Assembly (NCBI GenBank): GCA_965116355.1
Contig: OZ220679.1
Span: 23,819 to 87,818, forward strand
From: Dehalococcoidia bacterium
GTDB lineage: Bacteria; Chloroflexota; Dehalococcoidia; Lucifugimonadales; UBA1127
Reading direction: 5' to 3'
DNA length: 64,000 nt
The position numbers were made by a program, and so were the translations under genes. Positions 47,545-56,332 of the stretch are shown here, piece by piece (positions within the stretch are counted from its first letter, which is position 1; every line of letters begins with the position of its first letter). The notes below the pieces were generated by a model. That model saw nothing but the letters and a program-made list of their open reading frames with translations, ran no database searches and was not told the origin of the DNA.

Positions 47545-50500
47545 GCGCCGGCCCCCCGCACGATGCGCAACGCGCGGTACATGGACTCATATTGGCGACG
47601 GCCAATGGGATGCTCGCTGTAGTCCGCCTCCTCAAACCTGGAAATCAGCTCGTCGAGGGCCCGCTGAGATACGGGCGATCCGCCGGACACGAGCAGCAGC
47701 TCGATCTCGCGGGGCGTCGCCCTCGCCAGGCCGCGGCCAGTGTGGGCGCGGGCCCACGTAAGGAACTCGTCGTACAGGCGCAACATCTCCTCGCGGAAGT
47801 CCACCACGCGGAAGGTACGCGAGGCTTCCGCGGGAAAGTGGGCGTCATCCCCGTCGAAGACGGCCTCGACGGCGAACTCGCCGGGATCGCGAGCGATGTA
47901 GGTGACAAGGCATGTGCCGTCATCGCCGGTTGCGCAGTCCACCGGCTGCTCGCCGGTGACGGCGACCACGAGGGCCATCGCGGGAACGGGAGCGTCGTCC
48001 TCGCCCGACGCGTGGATGATGACTGCGATTTCCTCGCCCTCGCCCCAGACGTCCGGCAAGTCCTCCGCAGGCTTCGTAAAGCGGACATCGAGGTTGGCTT
48101 CCGTTCGAGTTTCCAACGGCAGGACGTCCTCGGTGTCTTCGTCCCCCAGCGGCTCCTCTTCCTGCGCGGCAACTCGGCGGCCGAGCAGCGGGACTGGAGC
48201 GAGGTTGAACCTGCGGCCCGCGTAGCCGGCGGCGGCCAGCGCGGCGACGGCCCCGGGCAGACCCACCCAGAGCAGCCAGTTGAATCCAAGGGGCGTGATG
48301 GGCACCCCGACGAAGTAGGTAAGGGACATATGGCGGCCGTCGCCGTCGTAGGTGAAGGTCATGGGCATTGCGAGGGCGTCTTCCTCCGCCGGAACGGTAA
48401 CTTCAAGCGTGGCCACACCGAGCGCGTCCGTGATGGTGGCTGCGTCACCATAGCGGAGGACGGCGCCGGGAATGGGCTGCCATCGGTCGTCGAGGAGGGT
48501 CGCCTCCAGCACGGCAAGCTCCGCGGGCCGCACTTTGCCGATGGGTGCGACGACAAGGTTGACCGCAGACTTGACCTGCAGGGGCGTGCGAGCCTCCGTG
48601 TTCAAATGTCCCGAAAAGGCGATGACCTCCGTGGCACCCAGGCGGGCGTCGGCGGGGATGGGAAAACTGAAAACAAAGCCGCCGTTCTCGTCAGTTTCGA
48701 CCTCTCCCTTGTCCAATACGGCCAAGCGAGTTGTGGGCAGGGGGCGATTGCCGAGGAGCAACACACCGCGCAGCTCAGCGCTGTCGCCGCGGGCGACGGG
48801 CTCCAACGGCTCCAGGACGATGCGAGGGATGCCAACCACAATGTCCGTGACGGCAAAGCTCGGGCCGAGGCGTTCGTTGCCCGCGTAGGCCGCCTGGGCA
48901 GAGAACTCCGCCTCGTGGGGGCCGAGCTCCTCGCCGCCGCCAAAGAGCGCGGTCTCCTCCCACTCGAAGTTGCCGTCGGCGTCGGTGGTCAGCGTGCGAC
49001 GGACACCCGCATCGACTACCACCTCGGCGTCCGGGACGGGCCGGTCTTCGACGTCCCGCAAGCTGCCAGAGAGGCGGTAGGGCTCCCCGTCGCGTACGCT
49101 GGCCGGCGCCTCGAGGGTGAGGCGGGTGGGTGCAAGAACGGAGAAGGCGCTGCGTGCATTGGCGGGCACGATGAAATCCTCGCCCGCGTAGGCGGCAGAG
49201 ATGGAGGAGGGGCCCGACTGCGGGAATGACGAGTGGCTGTACTCGAACGCCCCCTGTGCGTCGGTGGTGACGGCCGCAAGCTCGACGCCGGAGGCGTCAG
49301 TGATGGAGATGGCCGCCGAGGCGATGGGCTCGCCGCCGGAGGTGGTGAGGAGGCCCGTGAAGGACCCGCCGTCACCAAGCTCGACGACGCTGGGCCCGTC
49401 GAGGGTGAGCACGGAGATCTCGCGGACGGACACGCCGGCGACTGCCCGCGAAGCGAGGATGGGCCCGGCGCCGGGGAAGTACGCCACGACCGTATACGCG
49501 CCGGGCGCGTCGAACACGCCGTCGAATGTGAACTCGCCGGTGTTTTGGGTCTGGATTGCCCGCTCTGGTTCCTCGCCGACCTGCACGTTGACTACGCGGT
49601 CGCCGATGGGCTCGCCGCGCACACCGAACACTGCGCCAGTAACCGTAAAAGACTCGCCCACGAGGACTGACACCGGTGCATCGATAATGGCGGTGGTGGG
49701 CAGGGTCACCTGGAGGTCGATGCGCGCGCTGTTGCCGAGCAGGTATTCCTGCTCCGCCAGCTCGACCTGCACCCAGTGCGGGCCAGGGTCATCGAACACA
49801 TGCGTAAATGAGAAGCGGCCGAGTTCCCCGGTGGTGAGCGTCTCCGACATTGCGCCGTCGACGGCAACGGTCAGCTCCCGGCCCTCGACGCCGCTGCCTG
49901 TCTCTTCCATGAGGCGACCCGTGAAGACGGCCTCGCCCTCCACCGGGATGCTTGCGGGCCCAGTGAGCTCAATTCCGCTGCCTGAGATGACCGTAATGTC
50001 CGGGTCGCTCCAGGACTCCATGAAGTGGTCGTTGCCGACGGTGCGGGCAAGGAGCTGCCAGGGTCCCCGGGCCATTTCAACCGGAAGCGTCACCTCCAGC
50101 GACCAGCTGCCGTACCAGCTCGTCGTCGAACCGATCAGGGTGCCGCCTTCCTCCTTGGTCTCGTTCACGTAGACCTCGACGGTTACGCCATCGACAGCGT
50201 GGCCGGTGGCGGTTAGGACCGAGCCGCCGACGGTGAAGGGCTGTTGACGGCGCACCTGTTCCGGCCACCGGGTGATGTCCGTGACGGTGAACAGCGGCTC
50301 CGGTGGCGGTGGAGGGAGTTCGACCCCGATGTCGCTTGAGTCGCCGCCTTGCACACGGCTTGGCGCCCCGCCGGATGCGGTAGGTTCGAACTCGACCCAA
50401 CCAATGCCGTCCAGGGCAATCTCCGCCCACTGGTGGGCCTGGCTCGCCTTCACGAGCTGCGTGCCGGGGGTTGCGGCGATGGCCCAGCCGGACACGACTC

Positions 50501-53500
50501 GTGCGGGCACACCCACCGCGCGGGCCATCACGGCAAATGCGGAGCTGAACACGCCGCAGGTGCCCTCGCGGTGGTCGAAGAGGAACCAGTCGACCGGGTC
50601 TCTGCCCGGTGGAGGGAGGTCATCTACGCTGTCGGCGAAGCGGTAGGGGTAGTTGGTCCGCAGGTAGGACGCCAACGCCTGGGCCTTCGCGTAGGCCGAC
50701 GTGTGCCCGCGGGTGACCTGTTGCGCCAGCAGCCGCACACGCTCCGGCAGGTCCGGCGGCAACTGCAGATACGTGGGGTCCGACGCGGGAGCGGCGCTGC
50801 GGTACTGCTGCTGCGTGTAGCCCCGTATGCCGGTGGACCACGTATATCCATTCGTCGGCATTTCAATGCGAAAGGTCCCGCTGAACGGGTAGTAGAACCC
50901 GTCAAGAAAAGTGCCCTCAAGGTCCGGCGACACGGGCACGAACCCAGCCGTCATCGGGCCCTGCGCCTCCAGTGGCGTCAACGTAATGACATTTCGCACG
51001 TAGTTTGTTGGGTTGATCCTTTGGCCGAACAAGGCCTCGCTAGACCTGCGTTCCGGGGGGAGATCTGCCAGCGCTCCCGTGCCCGAGCGCAGCGCGAGGA
51101 AGACCAGATTGCTGACCTGCTCGTGGCGCTTCACGGGCAAGCTCACCGGGTCCAGCCGGCGCCACAGCCCATTCGCATAGACGTCTCCGGTGGCCGTGCG
51201 GATGTAGGCGGTGTTGGCGGCGCCGCTGACGTTAAAGAGAGGGGTCTCGGGCAGCCCCGCAGACTGCGCGGTGGTCGTGCCGGGGACAAAGTAGTCCAGC
51301 TTGTCTGCCTTGACGATTGACGCGCCGTTTTCCAGCCGCTCGACCTCGGCGCCCGCTTCCTCCAGCGTGCGAAGGGCCTCCTCCCGGACCTTTTCGTCGT
51401 CAGAGGCGAGGTCCTCGGCAGCCCCTTGCGAGCCGATGCTACCACTCCACTCTGAAAGCGTGCGAAGTGCGGCGCGCGAGGCAGGTCCCGCGGGCGTGGG
51501 ATCGAACTCGACCCAGCCGAGGCCCTCGAAGGCCACCTCAGCCCACTGGTGCGCCGACGCATCCGTGATCACCTGGCGGGCCTTGGTCTGGCTCACAGCC
51601 CAGCCGGACACCACGCGCGCGGGCAGACCGATAGAGCGCGCCATCATCACGAAAGCGCTGCTGAAGTTGCCGCACGTCCCGGCCCTGACGTCGAAGAGGA
51701 ACCACTCGACGGGATCGACCCCCGGCGGGGGCGCGGTCTCTCCGACCGTCTCGGCGAAGCGATAGTCGTAGTTGGCGCGGAGGTACTCCTCAATGGCCTT
51801 TGCCTGGGAGTACGGCGAGTCGTGCATAGCCGTGATCTCGAGCGCGAGGTCATGGATGCGGCCGTCACGTACCCAGTCGGGGACGAGGATGTACGGGCTG
51901 TTGACGGGCGCGGCCCACCGGGCGGCGTCGTCGAGCTGGGCCGGGGAGAAGGCGTCGACCACCGAGTTGAGCTCGTAGTCCCGGATTGGCGCAGCAACCG
52001 CGAAGGTGGCGCTTCCCGGATAGAAGGAGCCTTCCCTGTTCAGGTTGAGCAGCCGGCGGGACGTTGGGACCACCCCGGCAGGCAAATCCCGGCCGCTGGA
52101 CAAGCTGGACACGGTAATGCGCTGCGGCGTTCTGACCGCCGCCGCCACCTCAGAGGGAAGGCCCAGTCCGGGCAAGTCCGCTCCCGGCGTGGCGTAGGCG
52201 ACCGGTTCCTCACGAGGCAGCGTCCACCGTCCGTACGAGTACTCTTCTCCTACAGTGGTGCGAAGGTACTTTGTCCGGGTGCTTCCCCTGACTGCGAAGA
52301 GCGATTTGCCTTCCGGCGCCAGCGCCGTGAGGGTTGTGGTGCCCGGGATACTGGCGTTGAAGCCCCCGTCCCCCGAGAGGAGGAGCGTGCCGTTCTCGAG
52401 CTCGCTCAGCGAGCCCAGGGCATGCAGGGCTTCCAACGCTGCGTCCCGAACTTCGGGATCGATGTCGTTCAACGCTCCGGCCAACGAGAGCAACGCCTCG
52501 AGGTCGTCCAGCTCGCCGAGGAGGGTCGCCGCGGCGGCCCGCAACCGAGGGTCGTCCGAGTTGAGCAGGAGGAAGGCGAGGGGGTCAAGCCCCCACTCGC
52601 TCAGAGCTTCCGTCGCCGCATCCCTGACGAGCGCATCAGAGTCCTCGGCCCGGGCAGCAAGCAGTGAGAGAAGACCGGATACGTCCTCCAGCTGGCCCAG
52701 CGTGCTTGCGGCGGCGGCCCGCAAGTCGGCCTCGGAGTAGCTCTCCAGCATGGCCGCCACCGCTTCGGCCGTCCACGATGCTTCCATAGAGCCGAGCGCG
52801 AGTATGGACGCCTCGCGAACGACAGTATCCTCATCGTTCTGTGCGGCGTCCAGGATTGCGGCCTCAGCCTGTTCGCCGCCTATCTTCTCCAGGGCGTCGA
52901 CGGCGGCCTCACGGACGCCGGCGTCCTCGTCATTGGCGAGCGCCTGCCTCAAGGCATCGACGCTCTGGGTGCTTCCCGCAATCTCCAGTCCCCTGGCGGC
53001 GGCCTCGCGCACCTCAGCGTCCTCGTGGTTGAGCAGCAGCCAGATGAGTTCCTCCGTGCCGATCTTGTGCAGGGCGGTTTCCGCGGCCAGCTGCACGCCG
53101 GGGGAGTCGTCGTTTTCGAGGGCGTCGACGAGTGCGGGCAGCGCCTCGGGCTCGCCGAGATCGCCGAGGGTCTCGGCGGCGCGCTCGCGCTCGACGGGGT
53201 CCTCGGACTCGGCCAGGTCCTCAACGAGGTCCGGCACGGCGGGCTCCTCCCAGACTTCCGCGAGGGCCTCATGGCGAGTGGGATCGAACGTGACCCAGCC
53301 GATGCCCTCAAGGGCGATCTCCGCCCACTGGTGCGCCTGGTTGGAGTAGACGGCCTGAATGTCCTGGCTCGGGTCGATGACCCAACCGGCCACGACACGC
53401 GCGGGGATGCCGGCGGCGCGGGCAAGCACGACGAATGCGGAGCTGAACGAGGCGCTGCCGCCCCACTGCTGCTCGAAGAGGAACCAGTCAACCGGGTCCC

Positions 53501-54938
53501 TGTCCGGGGGCCGCTCGACGCCGACCCTCTCGCCCTCCGGCAGGCCGTACTCGAAGTTTTCTCGCAGGAAGCCGTGAATCCGGTTGGCGCGGGCGTACGG
53601 CGACTCGTCGCCGCTGAACTGCGCCGCAAGCTCCAGTACGCGGGCGGAAATACCATCCGGGACCTGCAGATAGGACAGGTCTGCGGCCGGCTGCGCGGAG
53701 AGAACGTCTCGGGGGGCGAAGCGCGGGATGACCGTGCGAATCTCGTACGGGCCCGTCGGGCCGGGGGCATTCAGTGTCGCGCTGAAGGGGTAGTAAGAGG
53801 CCGGCACATTCACGCTGTACAAATGGTTGGAGCTGGGGATGGGGCCCGCGTGGAACAGGTCTCCCTCAACGTACGGCGTGAGAATCATGACGTCCGGGAC
53901 CTGAAAGGCGGGCTCCACCGTTGGGCGCACGAGCAGGGCAGTGTCCAGCCGCTCGGGGGAGTAGGTCCCGTCCTCGATTGCGCTGTAGGCGGCGAGCGCT
54001 GCCTGAACCTCGTCAGGGATGACGGCGTCTTCGTCGACGGGCAGGTGGCCGAGCTCAAGCTGTTCCCACACGCCGTTCTCGTATACGTCGCCGGTGGCGG
54101 TGCGCAGGTAGCTGGTGTAGTAGGCGCCCGAGACCCAGAACATGGGAATGGGTTCCGGCACCGGGGCTTCTTCCGTACTGGCGACGGTTGCGATGGTGTA
54201 GCCGGCGAACGTCTGGGGCGACTGGGTCTCCGTGAGAACAACTTCGACCTTTTCCGGCGGGGGCTCATCAGGTTCGTTGCGCCTGAAGGCATCGACGGCA
54301 CCGACGTAGTCGCTGTCGATCGCCATTCGGTCGGGGCGCTCGAAGAGGTAGAGGCCGTCGAGCGACCTGCCGTCGAAGTCGCCGTAGACAGCGGCGGCAA
54401 CGAGCCACGCCGCGACGATGGCCGCGAGGACGTAGCGGTTGATGAAGCCGCCGATGATGAGGGACAGGAAGACGGCCGCCACGACGGCGAGGCTGCCCGG
54501 GTCGAGGATGGTGCGGTGCACCGCGTGCTCGTCATATCCGACGCCCCTTTCGAGCATGCCAGAGAAGGCAAAGTAAACGCCGGCGCCGGCGATCGCGGCA
54601 GCCGCGAGTACGCCCAGCGCAAGCGCGGGCGTCGGCCGGAGCGATCGCAGCGTGAGCGGCCACGGAACCGATGAAGCGACTGCAGCGGTCGCAAGGACTA
54701 CGGCAACGGCGAGAACCAATGCTCGCAGGAGCCCAACGCCGTTGGGAACTCCGAAGGTGTCCTGCTCGAAGGGGGTAGTCGCGAGGATGTCCCGGGGGCC
54801 GGAGGATACCTGGGAAACCAGGATGTCCAGCAGAAGGAAGAAGCCGGTCAGGGCGGCAATCAGCAGCAAGAGCAACCTGGCGTGTCGAGCCAAGCTGCCG
54901 GACAATGCATCGGCCAAGCGCGCTGTCTGCCTCTGCAT
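47541..54938 (-). CDS. Giant (2465 aa) membrane-anchored protein with three transglutaminase-like cores, HEAT repeats, Ig/CarboxypepD_reg-like repeats and a DUF4129-like C-terminus
   Basis: TGase cores: GGSASFSSAFVVLARAAGIPARVVAGW...HQWAEI...GWVTFDPT; GTCGNFSSAFVMMARSIGLPARVVSGW...HQWAEV...GWVEFDPT; GTCGVFSSAFAVMARAVGVPARVVSGW...HQWAEI...GWVEFEPT. HEAT repeats: DPVERERAAETLGDLGEPEALPALVDALENDDSPGV. N-terminal TM helices and a late TM segment (WLLWVGLPGAVAALAAAGYA) are present. Confidence 0.9.
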   Translation of the reverse strand: MQRQTARLADALSGSLARHARLLLLLIAALTGFFLLLDILVSQVSSGPRDILATTPFEQDTFGVPNGVGLLRALVLAVAVVLATAAVASSVPWPLTLRSLRPTPALALGVLAAAAIAGAGVYFAFSGMLERGVGYDEHAVHRTILDPGSLAVVAAVFLSLIIGGFINRYVLAAIVAAWLVAAAVYGDFDGRSLDGLYLFERPDRMAIDSDYVGAVDAFRRNEPDEPPPEKVEVVLTETQSPQTFAGYTIATVASTEEAPVPEPIPMFWVSGAYYTSYLRTATGDVYENGVWEQLELGHLPVDEDAVIPDEVQAALAAYSAIEDGTYSPERLDTALLVRPTVEPAFQVPDVMILTPYVEGDLFHAGPIPSSNHLYSVNVPASYYPFSATLNAPGPTGPYEIRTVIPRFAPRDVLSAQPAADLSYLQVPDGISARVLELAAQFSGDESPYARANRIHGFLRENFEYGLPEGERVGVERPPDRDPVDWFLFEQQWGGSASFSSAFVVLARAAGIPARVVAGWVIDPSQDIQAVYSNQAHQWAEIALEGIGWVTFDPTRHEALAEVWEEPAVPDLVEDLAESEDPVERERAAETLGDLGEPEALPALVDALENDDSPGVQLAAETALHKIGTEELIWLLLNHEDAEVREAAARGLEIAGSTQSVDALRQALANDEDAGVREAAVDALEKIGGEQAEAAILDAAQNDEDTVVREASILALGSMEASWTAEAVAAMLESYSEADLRAAAASTLGQLEDVSGLLSLLAARAEDSDALVRDAATEALSEWGLDPLAFLLLNSDDPRLRAAAATLLGELDDLEALLSLAGALNDIDPEVRDAALEALHALGSLSELENGTLLLSGDGGFNASIPGTTTLTALAPEGKSLFAVRGSTRTKYLRTTVGEEYSYGRWTLPREEPVAYATPGADLPGLGLPSEVAAAVRTPQRITVSSLSSGRDLPAGVVPTSRRLLNLNREGSFYPGSATFAVAAPIRDYELNSVVDAFSPAQLDDAARWAAPVNSPYILVPDWVRDGRIHDLALEITAMHDSPYSQAKAIEEYLRANYDYRFAETVGETAPPPGVDPVEWFLFDVRAGTCGNFSSAFVMMARSIGLPARVVSGWAVSQTKARQVITDASAHQWAEVAFEGLGWVEFDPTPAGPASRAALRTLSEWSGSIGSQGAAEDLASDDEKVREEALRTLEEAGAEVERLENGASIVKADKLDYFVPGTTTAQSAGLPETPLFNVSGAANTAYIRTATGDVYANGLWRRLDPVSLPVKRHEQVSNLVFLALRSGTGALADLPPERRSSEALFGQRINPTNYVRNVITLTPLEAQGPMTAGFVPVSPDLEGTFLDGFYYPFSGTFRIEMPTNGYTWSTGIRGYTQQQYRSAAPASDPTYLQLPPDLPERVRLLAQQVTRGHTSAYAKAQALASYLRTNYPYRFADSVDDLPPPGRDPVDWFLFDHREGTCGVFSSAFAVMARAVGVPARVVSGWAIAATPGTQLVKASQAHQWAEIALDGIGWVEFEPTASGGAPSRVQGGDSSDIGVELPPPPPEPLFTVTDITRWPEQVRRQQPFTVGGSVLTATGHAVDGVTVEVYVNETKEEGGTLIGSTTSWYGSWSLEVTLPVEMARGPWQLLARTVGNDHFMESWSDPDITVISGSGIELTGPASIPVEGEAVFTGRLMEETGSGVEGRELTVAVDGAMSETLTTGELGRFSFTHVFDDPGPHWVQVELAEQEYLLGNSARIDLQVTLPTTAIIDAPVSVLVGESFTVTGAVFGVRGEPIGDRVVNVQVGEEPERAIQTQNTGEFTFDGVFDAPGAYTVVAYFPGAGPILASRAVAGVSVREISVLTLDGPSVVELGDGGSFTGLLTTSGGEPIASAAISITDASGVELAAVTTDAQGAFEYSHSSFPQSGPSSISAAYAGEDFIVPANARSAFSVLAPTRLTLEAPASVRDGEPYRLSGSLRDVEDRPVPDAEVVVDAGVRRTLTTDADGNFEWEETALFGGGEELGPHEAEFSAQAAYAGNERLGPSFAVTDIVVGIPRIVLEPLEPVARGDSAELRGVLLLGNRPLPTTRLAVLDKGEVETDENGGFVFSFPIPADARLGATEVIAFSGHLNTEARTPLQVKSAVNLVVAPIGKVRPAELAVLEATLLDDRWQPIPGAVLRYGDAATITDALGVATLEVTVPAEEDALAMPMTFTYDGDGRHMSLTYFVGVPITPLGFNWLLWVGLPGAVAALAAAGYAGRRFNLAPVPLLGRRVAAQEEEPLGDEDTEDVLPLETRTEANLDVRFTKPAEDLPDVWGEGEEIAVIIHASGEDDAPVPAMALVVAVTGEQPVDCATGDDGTCLVTYIARDPGEFAVEAVFDGDDAHFPAEASRTFRVVDFREEMLRLYDEFLTWARAHTGRGLARATPREIELLLVSGGSPVSQRALDELISRFEEADYSEHPIGRRQYESMYRALRIVRGAGA

Positions 54939-55203
54939 GGTAGGCGGTTATCTACTCCCCTGCACCGGCCGTCTAGCGGTGAACCTTCACACTGGTAGTA
55001 GGTGTCGAACTATTGTTGATCTTGTGATAACGATTGCGCATTCTACCATTCCCGCTATTTGTCCGCCAAAACGAACTACGCTGGAGCAAGCACTCTCATG
55101 CGGATAGCTGACAGCCTCCCGAACTAGAGCCTTGCCCGAGTTTCCCTTGAACTCACTCAACAATCCGGCCCTATGCATTAGTGCTCGTTGTATAGTGGAA
55201 GCT

Positions 55204-56325
55204 ATGGATGACATCAAATACCGGGTAGCATTCTCCCGCATCCCCTCAGTCGGAACGGTGCGGATGCGGTTGATTGAAGCGGCGTTTTCATCAATGCAAG
55301 AGGCGTGGGAGGCGCCGACGGCGGCGCTCAAGGACGCCGGGCTCACCGCGAACGTGCTGCAGCAGGTGACGTCGCGGCGGAACGACATCGACCCGGACCG
55401 CGAGATGGAGCTGCTGGAGAAGGCGGGCGTCCGGGCGGTGTCGTGGCACGACGGCACATACCCCGCCGCCCTGAAGGAGATATACGACCCGCCGCCTGTC
55501 CTCTTCTACAAGGGCGAGTTCACCCCGGAGGACGCGTGCGGCGTCGCGGTGGTGGGCACCCGGCGGGCGTCGGCCTACGGTCGCGAGGCCTGCGCGACGC
55601 TCGTGCGGGACCTGGCGGCGGCGGGCGTGACCATCATCAGCGGGCTTGCGCGGGGCGTCGACGCCGTGGCGCACAGCACGGCGCTGGAGGCCGGCGGGCG
55701 CACCATCGCGGTCATGGGGACGGGCGTCGACGTGATCTACCCGGCGGACCACAAGCAGCTTGCGGCGCGCGTCGCCGAGGGTGGCGCGCTCGTATCCGAG
55801 TACCCGCTGGGCGTGCGGCCCGATTCCCGCAACTTTCCACGCCGCAACCGACTGCTGAGCGGGCTGTCGCTGGGCGTGCTGGTGGTCGAGGCGCCAATGG
55901 ACAGCGGGGTCATGCACACGGTGCGGTTCGCGCTTGACCAGGGGAGGGACGTGTTCGCCGTGCCCGGCAGCATCTTCTCGCCGACCAGCCTCGGCACGAA
56001 CCGGCTGGTGCAGGACGGCGCAAAGCTGGTCACCGACGCGGAGGACGTGCTCGAGGAACTCAACGTCATGCGACTCGAACAGCAGCCGTCGCTACCCGGA
56101 TTCGCACCGATTCCCGCGCCGGAGGGAATCGAAGCGGAAGTGCTCCAGCACATCGGCGGGGAGCCCATCCACATCGACGAGGTACGGCGGCAGTCAGCGC
56201 TGCCAGTGGCCAATGTCAGCAGCACGCTCTCCCTGCTGGAAATCAAGGGGCTGGTCAAGCAGGTGGGCGGTATGCGTTATATTAGAGTGATGGAACCGGC
56301 CGCCCGGTACGGAGCGGCCCGCTAG
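55204..56325 (+). CDS. dprA: DNA-processing protein DprA (Smf)
   Basis: IISGLARGVDAVAHSTALEAGGRTIAVMGTGVDVIYPADH...NFPRRNRLLSGLSLGVLVVEA. The preferred start is the ATG at 55204 (MDDIKY). Confidence 0.9.
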   Translation: MDDIKYRVAFSRIPSVGTVRMRLIEAAFSSMQEAWEAPTAALKDAGLTANVLQQVTSRRNDIDPDREMELLEKAGVRAVSWHDGTYPAALKEIYDPPPVLFYKGEFTPEDACGVAVVGTRRASAYGREACATLVRDLAAAGVTIISGLARGVDAVAHSTALEAGGRTIAVMGTGVDVIYPADHKQLAARVAEGGALVSEYPLGVRPDSRNFPRRNRLLSGLSLGVLVVEAPMDSGVMHTVRFALDQGRDVFAVPGSIFSPTSLGTNRLVQDGAKLVTDAEDVLEELNVMRLEQQPSLPGFAPIPAPEGIEAEVLQHIGGEPIHIDEVRRQSALPVANVSSTLSLLEIKGLVKQVGGMRYIRVMEPAARYGAAR

Positions 56326-56332
56326 AGGAAAC

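Noticed and set aside
55006-55019. CGAACTATTGTTGA, a LexA-box-like site between the giant TGase gene and dprA.
   Set aside because: It has one mismatch in the right half-site (GTTG instead of GTTC), and neither neighbouring gene has a known SOS link. It is too weak to call without a genome-wide matrix scan.
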